Source: Poseidonia sp.
Lineage (GTDB): Archaea; Thermoplasmatota; Poseidoniia; Poseidoniales; Poseidoniaceae
Direction of reading: 5' to 3'
DNA length: 64,000 bases
Assembly (NCBI GenBank): GCA_030829545.1
Contig: JAURAI010000001.1
Span: 70,234 to 134,233, forward strand
Shown here: one piece after another, positions 60,086 through 64,000 of the stretch
Position numbering within the stretch: position 1 is the stretch's first letter
How the letters are laid out: the number at the start of each line of letters is the position of its first letter
Made by a program: the position numbers and the translations under genes
Notes under the pieces: generated by a model
Databases searched by the model: none
What the model was told of the DNA's origin: nothing
Seen by the model: the letters and a program-made list of their open reading frames with translations, nothing else

Positions 60086-61942
60086 ATGATGAGTGAAGAA
60101 ATAAGCAACCATGAGTACGATGTCATCATCATCGGTGCGGGTGGCGCTGGCCTACGTGCTGCCATTGAGTCTGCACGCTCAGGAGCGCGGACTGCTATCA
60201 TCACCAAATCGCTCCTCGGTAAGGCTCACACCGTGATGGCTGAAGGTGGCTGTGCAGCAGCCTTGCAAAACGCCGACCCGCGTGACGGCTGGAAGGTCCA
60301 CTTCCACGATACCATGAAAGGAAGCAAATGGCTTGCCAACTGGCGTATGGCTGAATTCCACGCGAAGGAAGCGCCGGACCGTGTCAGAGAACTCGAACAG
60401 TGGGGTGCCGTGTTTGACCGAACCCCAAAGAATCTCATCAATCAGCGAAATTTTGGCGGGCATACCTTCCCTCGTTTGGCTCACGTCGGCGATGCCACCG
60501 GTCTAGAAATCATCCGGACCCTGCAGGAGCGTGGCATTCACGAAGGCATTGATATCTTCATGGAATACACTGTCAGAACACTTCTCAAGGAAGGAGACCG
60601 TGTCACCGGCTGCGTAGCATACAACCGAGTTGACGGCGCTATTCACGCTTTTTCCGCTAAGTCTGTTGTTCTCGCTACGGGCGGCATTACTCGATGCTGG
60701 TCGGTTTGTTCTGGTTCCTGGGAATACACGGGTGACGGTCATGCCCTCGCTCTTTGGGCAGGTGCTGAACTTCGTGACATGGAATTCGTTCAATTTCACC
60801 CAACCGGCATGGTATGGCCACCGTCAGTTCGTGGCATCCTTGTGACAGAAGGTGTACGCGGTGAAGGTGGACGCCTCACCAATAACAAAGGGGAGCGCTT
60901 CATGTTCGATTACGTCCCTGAAATGTTTGCAGGTGACCACGCTGACACCATTGAAGAGTCCGACCAGTGGGTTGAGGAAGTCGTAAGCGGCAAACTCGCA
61001 ACCGTTCGCCGACCTCCCGAATTGCTGACACGTGACGTCGTCGCCAAAGCGATCAACGAAGAGGTCAAGGCAGGACGAGGTTCCCCTCACGGAGGAGCAT
61101 TCTTGGACATCTCACACCGTGGCGAAGAAGCGATTTTGAAGAAATTGCCGTCAATGCACCACCAATTCAAGGAGTTGGCTGGCGTTGACATCAGCAAGGA
61201 GCCAATGGAAGTTGGCCCCACTGCCCACTACGTCATGGGTGGTGTTTGCGTTGATGCTGAATCCCAAGAAACGACGGTTCCCGGGCTCTTTGCTTGTGGC
61301 GAAGTAGCATCCGGTCTCCACGGTGCGAACCGATTGGGAGGGAATTCACTCTCAGACCTCATCGTATTCGGCAAGCGTGCCGGTGAATTTGCTGCTAAGC
61401 GTGCATCAGACCTCGCTCAGCCCGCTATCGACAGTGCCCAAGTCAAGGCTGCCATCTCCGACATGCTCGCACCCTTGGAACGCGAGGGCGGTGAAAACCC
61501 TGGTCGAATTTACGATGAGATGCGTGATATGATGCAGGCGAAGGTCGGTATCATTCGAACCAAATCAGAACTTGAAGAGGCTCTCAAGGATATTGACCAA
61601 TTCAAAGAACGAGCCATGGCCTGTTCATCGGGCACCTCTCGCAAATACAATTCCGGTTGGCACCAAGCCCTCGACCTCCTCAACATGGCTGATGTATCTC
61701 ATGCTGCAACGCTGGCTGCCATCACCCGAGAAGAAAGCCGTGGTGGTCATACGCGCGACGACTTCCCCACCCCAGAAGACGACTACTGGGGCAAGACACT
61801 CAACATCATCTGGATGGAAGGTGGAGAGATGAAGATTCGGCAAGAGCCCGTCGAAGAAATGCGTGACGACCTCCAAGAAGCACTCAAGGAAGTCAAAGCC
61901 ATGATCGCTGAACGAGCCGCCGAAGCTGGAGGTGAAAACTAA
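60086..61942 (+). CDS. sdhA: Succinate dehydrogenase / fumarate reductase flavoprotein subunit
   Basis: IIGAGGAGLRAA FAD motif, covalent-FAD His region and RLGGNSL. Confidence 0.95.
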   Translation: MMSEEISNHEYDVIIIGAGGAGLRAAIESARSGARTAIITKSLLGKAHTVMAEGGCAAALQNADPRDGWKVHFHDTMKGSKWLANWRMAEFHAKEAPDRVRELEQWGAVFDRTPKNLINQRNFGGHTFPRLAHVGDATGLEIIRTLQERGIHEGIDIFMEYTVRTLLKEGDRVTGCVAYNRVDGAIHAFSAKSVVLATGGITRCWSVCSGSWEYTGDGHALALWAGAELRDMEFVQFHPTGMVWPPSVRGILVTEGVRGEGGRLTNNKGERFMFDYVPEMFAGDHADTIEESDQWVEEVVSGKLATVRRPPELLTRDVVAKAINEEVKAGRGSPHGGAFLDISHRGEEAILKKLPSMHHQFKELAGVDISKEPMEVGPTAHYVMGGVCVDAESQETTVPGLFACGEVASGLHGANRLGGNSLSDLIVFGKRAGEFAAKRASDLAQPAIDSAQVKAAISDMLAPLEREGGENPGRIYDEMRDMMQAKVGIIRTKSELEEALKDIDQFKERAMACSSGTSRKYNSGWHQALDLLNMADVSHAATLAAITREESRGGHTRDDFPTPEDDYWGKTLNIIWMEGGEMKIRQEPVEEMRDDLQEALKEVKAMIAERAAEAGGEN

Positions 61943-62709
61943 TGTCACTCAAAGGAACCAAACAATCGTTCAACGTTCTACGTGGAGAGGGCGAAGATGC
62001 CTCGCTTGAAGGCTATGAAATTGAACTGGATGAAGGCATGGTCGTATTGGATTGCCTTCACCGCATTCAACACGAACAAGAACCCGATATGGCCGTTCGT
62101 TGGAACTGCAAAGCAGGAAAATGCGGTTCATGTTCTGCAGAGATCAACGGCCGACCACGCCTGATGTGCATGACTCGGATGAGCGACGTGGTCGCTGAAA
62201 CACCAGCAGGTCAGCCCATTGAAATCCGTCCGATGAAAGCCTTCCCTCATGTCAAAGACCTTGTCACCGACGTCAGTTGGAATTACGAAGTCGCCCAACG
62301 TATCAAGCCCATCAACGGGCCCAAGGAGATGAATTGGGAATTCAATCAGATGGAAGCAGATCGTGTTCAAGAATTCCGTGAGTGTATCGAATGCTTCCTG
62401 TGCGTCAATACGTGCCACGTTCTACGCGACCACGCTTTATTCGATGATTTCGCTGGACCTCGTAACCTTGTCCGCCTCGCACAATATGAGATGCACCCGT
62501 TGGATACCGAAGACCGTGTTCCAGAAATCAAGAAAGAATTCGGCGTTGAATACTGCAACATCACACGGTGCTGCACTGAAGTTTGCCCTGCAGGCATCCA
62601 AATCACCGACGATGCGATTATTCAATTGAAGGAGCGTGTTGTTGACCGTTATTACGACCCGCTTCAGCGCATCTGGCGAACTCTGACTCGACAGAAGGTT
62701 CGTTATTGA
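61942..62709 (+). CDS. sdhB: Succinate dehydrogenase / fumarate reductase iron-sulfur subunit
   Basis: 2Fe-2S CKAGKCGSC...C; 4Fe-4S CIECFLCVNTC; 3Fe-4S CTEVCPAGI. ATGA overlap with sdhA. Confidence 0.9.
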   Translation: MSLKGTKQSFNVLRGEGEDASLEGYEIELDEGMVVLDCLHRIQHEQEPDMAVRWNCKAGKCGSCSAEINGRPRLMCMTRMSDVVAETPAGQPIEIRPMKAFPHVKDLVTDVSWNYEVAQRIKPINGPKEMNWEFNQMEADRVQEFRECIECFLCVNTCHVLRDHALFDDFAGPRNLVRLAQYEMHPLDTEDRVPEIKKEFGVEYCNITRCCTEVCPAGIQITDDAIIQLKERVVDRYYDPLQRIWRTLTRQKVRY

Positions 62710-62747
62710 TGTACAAACCGACATCCACTTGACTGCCATGGTCCATG

Positions 62748-63794
62748 TCATCCTCGTGCGCTCAGCCAATCGCGAATCCATCCTTCACCGATGCCGTCAT
62801 GATTAACGTTAGGAGGCTGAAGCGGTCGGACGATGATCAACATATCCAATTCTCCACCCCAAGAGGCTTTGGCGACCACAACAACCTCGCCTACCTTGGT
62901 GCCTGCGGGGTCTGAGCCAAAGGTTGTGGAATTGATGTTATAACTTCGAAAGGCCACCGTTTCGATATGTTCGGATTCCCAACTTCCAAGTTGGATGTCC
63001 AGTGTGGATGGAGAAGGAACGGGTTGTAAGATGATTTCTTCGGGATTGAGGCGTACAAATGGCACTTCTTCGTCAATCAACTCAATCGCTTGATGCATGC
63101 GTCCGGTCTCCATATTCATGAGCGACGCCAATGTCATGGCAACACTTTCAGCACCAACCACCCCCGCTTGGTGCGGCAATCGTAACGTGAGGGATTGCAA
63201 CACCACCACATCGCTGGTCACCCAGGTGTATTGCTCGCTGGCGGGGTACATGGAAGCATGCGGATTTTCTGTGAACAGGGGGCGACCCCAGTCTTCAGGT
63301 GCAACGGGGTCGTCGACGGGAAGAAAACCTGTGGCTGTTAAACAAAGCATCGCCACACTCAAGGCCAGTAAGCGAGGTGTTCGGTGGGTCTTCCAATCTT
63401 CTCGGGCAGCGGGGCTAAGCAAGGAGACCACTACGAGCAACGGGAGGGCAAGGAGCGCTCCAGCGGGCAATATCCAGAGAAAAATAACGAAGGCAAGAGC
63501 CATCTGAATGCCTTGAGGGCCGATTGGCGTGTGCCATGTTTCATCTTCCAGTGCTTGTTTTCGACGGTGAATGAAAACCAAGGTCAAGGCACCTCCAACA
63601 AGAGGTAGCAGCGATTGAAGGAGACCTTGCCATACCATGAACGACGGTGGCAACCCTGCATCCAGCCGCCATAGATGTTCGGGTTGTCCCAAGGTTGATG
63701 CGAGGGTTTCGTGTAAGATTGACCATGGCGGAGGCGGTTCTTTCCTTTCGGGACGTCCAACACCGTCACAAGATACCCGCTCCTCGCTGGTCAA
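62748..63794 (-). CDS. Hypothetical membrane protein with an extracytoplasmic C-terminal domain
   Basis: The track start is TTG and overlaps the divergent ABC ATPase. A more likely start is the internal ATG ~63638 (MVWQGLLQSLLPLVGG...). 3-4 TM. Confidence 0.4.
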   Translation of the reverse strand: MTSEERVSCDGVGRPERKEPPPPWSILHETLASTLGQPEHLWRLDAGLPPSFMVWQGLLQSLLPLVGGALTLVFIHRRKQALEDETWHTPIGPQGIQMALAFVIFLWILPAGALLALPLLVVVSLLSPAAREDWKTHRTPRLLALSVAMLCLTATGFLPVDDPVAPEDWGRPLFTENPHASMYPASEQYTWVTSDVVVLQSLTLRLPHQAGVVGAESVAMTLASLMNMETGRMHQAIELIDEEVPFVRLNPEEIILQPVPSPSTLDIQLGSWESEHIETVAFRSYNINSTTFGSDPAGTKVGEVVVVAKASWGGELDMLIIVRPLQPPNVNHDGIGEGWIRDWLSARG

Positions 63795-64000
63795 AACCTT
63801 GGGCTCAACGCTTGGGACCGGGGATTGTAGACCTCAACCTCAAGTTGTATCGAGGATCCATTCTCGGACTTGTAGGGCCAAACGGAGCAGGAAAAACCAC
63901 CCTGCTGCGCATGATGGCTGGCATCCTTCCGCTTCAAACGGGTTCGGTGATGGAACGAATTGACAGTGACGAATGGACGCACGTCGATGATTTGCGAACC
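63725..64000 (+). CDS. ABC transporter ATP-binding protein, N-terminal fragment; continues past the window end
   Basis: Forward frame reads MAEAVLSFRDV...GSILGLVGPNGAGKTTLLRMMAGILPLQTGSV (Walker A). Absent from the track because it is truncated. Confidence 0.6.
   Translation, partial: MAEAVLSFRDVQHRHKIPAPRWSKPWAQRLGPGIVDLNLKLYRGSILGLVGPNGAGKTTLLRMMAGILPLQTGSVMERIDSDEWTHVDDLRT

Noticed and set aside
1-64000. CRISPR arrays, IS elements, integrases, prophage genes, rRNA
   Set aside because: I scanned for regularly spaced direct repeats, transposase DDE or integrase catalytic motifs and rRNA-like conserved stretches and found none. The only short tandem repeats are the in-frame collagen-like codon repeats at 33.4 kb.

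Overview
The window is gene-dense (~88% coding) archaeal chromosome, roughly 52% GC, with about 57 protein-coding genes and one tRNA-Gly(GCC). I found no rRNA, CRISPR array, transposase or integrase. Archaeal markers include an Alba chromatin protein, a group II chaperonin (thermosome), CDC48/VCP, the KEOPS kinase Bud32, a deoxyhypusine synthase/agmatinase/AdoMetDC cluster, an NcsA/TtuA tRNA thiolase and a FlaI/ArlI-like ATPase. There are also bacterial-type elements: DnaK, an M17 leucyl aminopeptidase, an M14 carboxypeptidase and a long eukaryote/bacteria-type HMG-CoA synthase. Together with very acidic protein tails and many N-glycosylation sequons on secreted proteins, this suggests a Thermoplasmatota / Marine Group II (Poseidoniales)-like archaeon; that assignment is inference, not a search result. 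Housekeeping genes present include pyrBI, pyrG, thrS, nadA, sdhAB, an aldehyde dehydrogenase, a sirtuin and an NAD kinase-like gene. The most unusual content is: (1) a candidate uncharacterised system at 46.8-50.6 kb, made of a standalone Roadblock/LC7 (MglB-like) protein, a 1060-aa protein with 2-3 tandem Roadblock-like domains fused to a ~500-aa coiled coil, and a small 2-TM protein, with no small GTPase gene nearby; (2) a CDC48 - PRC-barrel - DUF4350 - DUF58 - polytopic membrane protein cluster that looks like a MoxR/BatA-type module without MoxR; (3) a collagen-like (G-X-Y) plus ELWxxDGT-repeat surface protein; (4) a PAP2 phosphatase fused to a large glycosylated ectodomain; (5) a >1000-aa surface glycoprotein beside the tRNA. 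Several ORF-track start codons are TTG/GTG shown as M, and I re-placed those starts where conserved N-termini indicate an internal ATG. At three places I checked by hand (an extra base at the line joins near 14520/14521 and 63780/63781, and 39 rather than 40 bases on the final line) the displayed sequence disagrees by one base with the ORF-track frame or the stated window length, so treat all coordinates as +/-1-2 nt.
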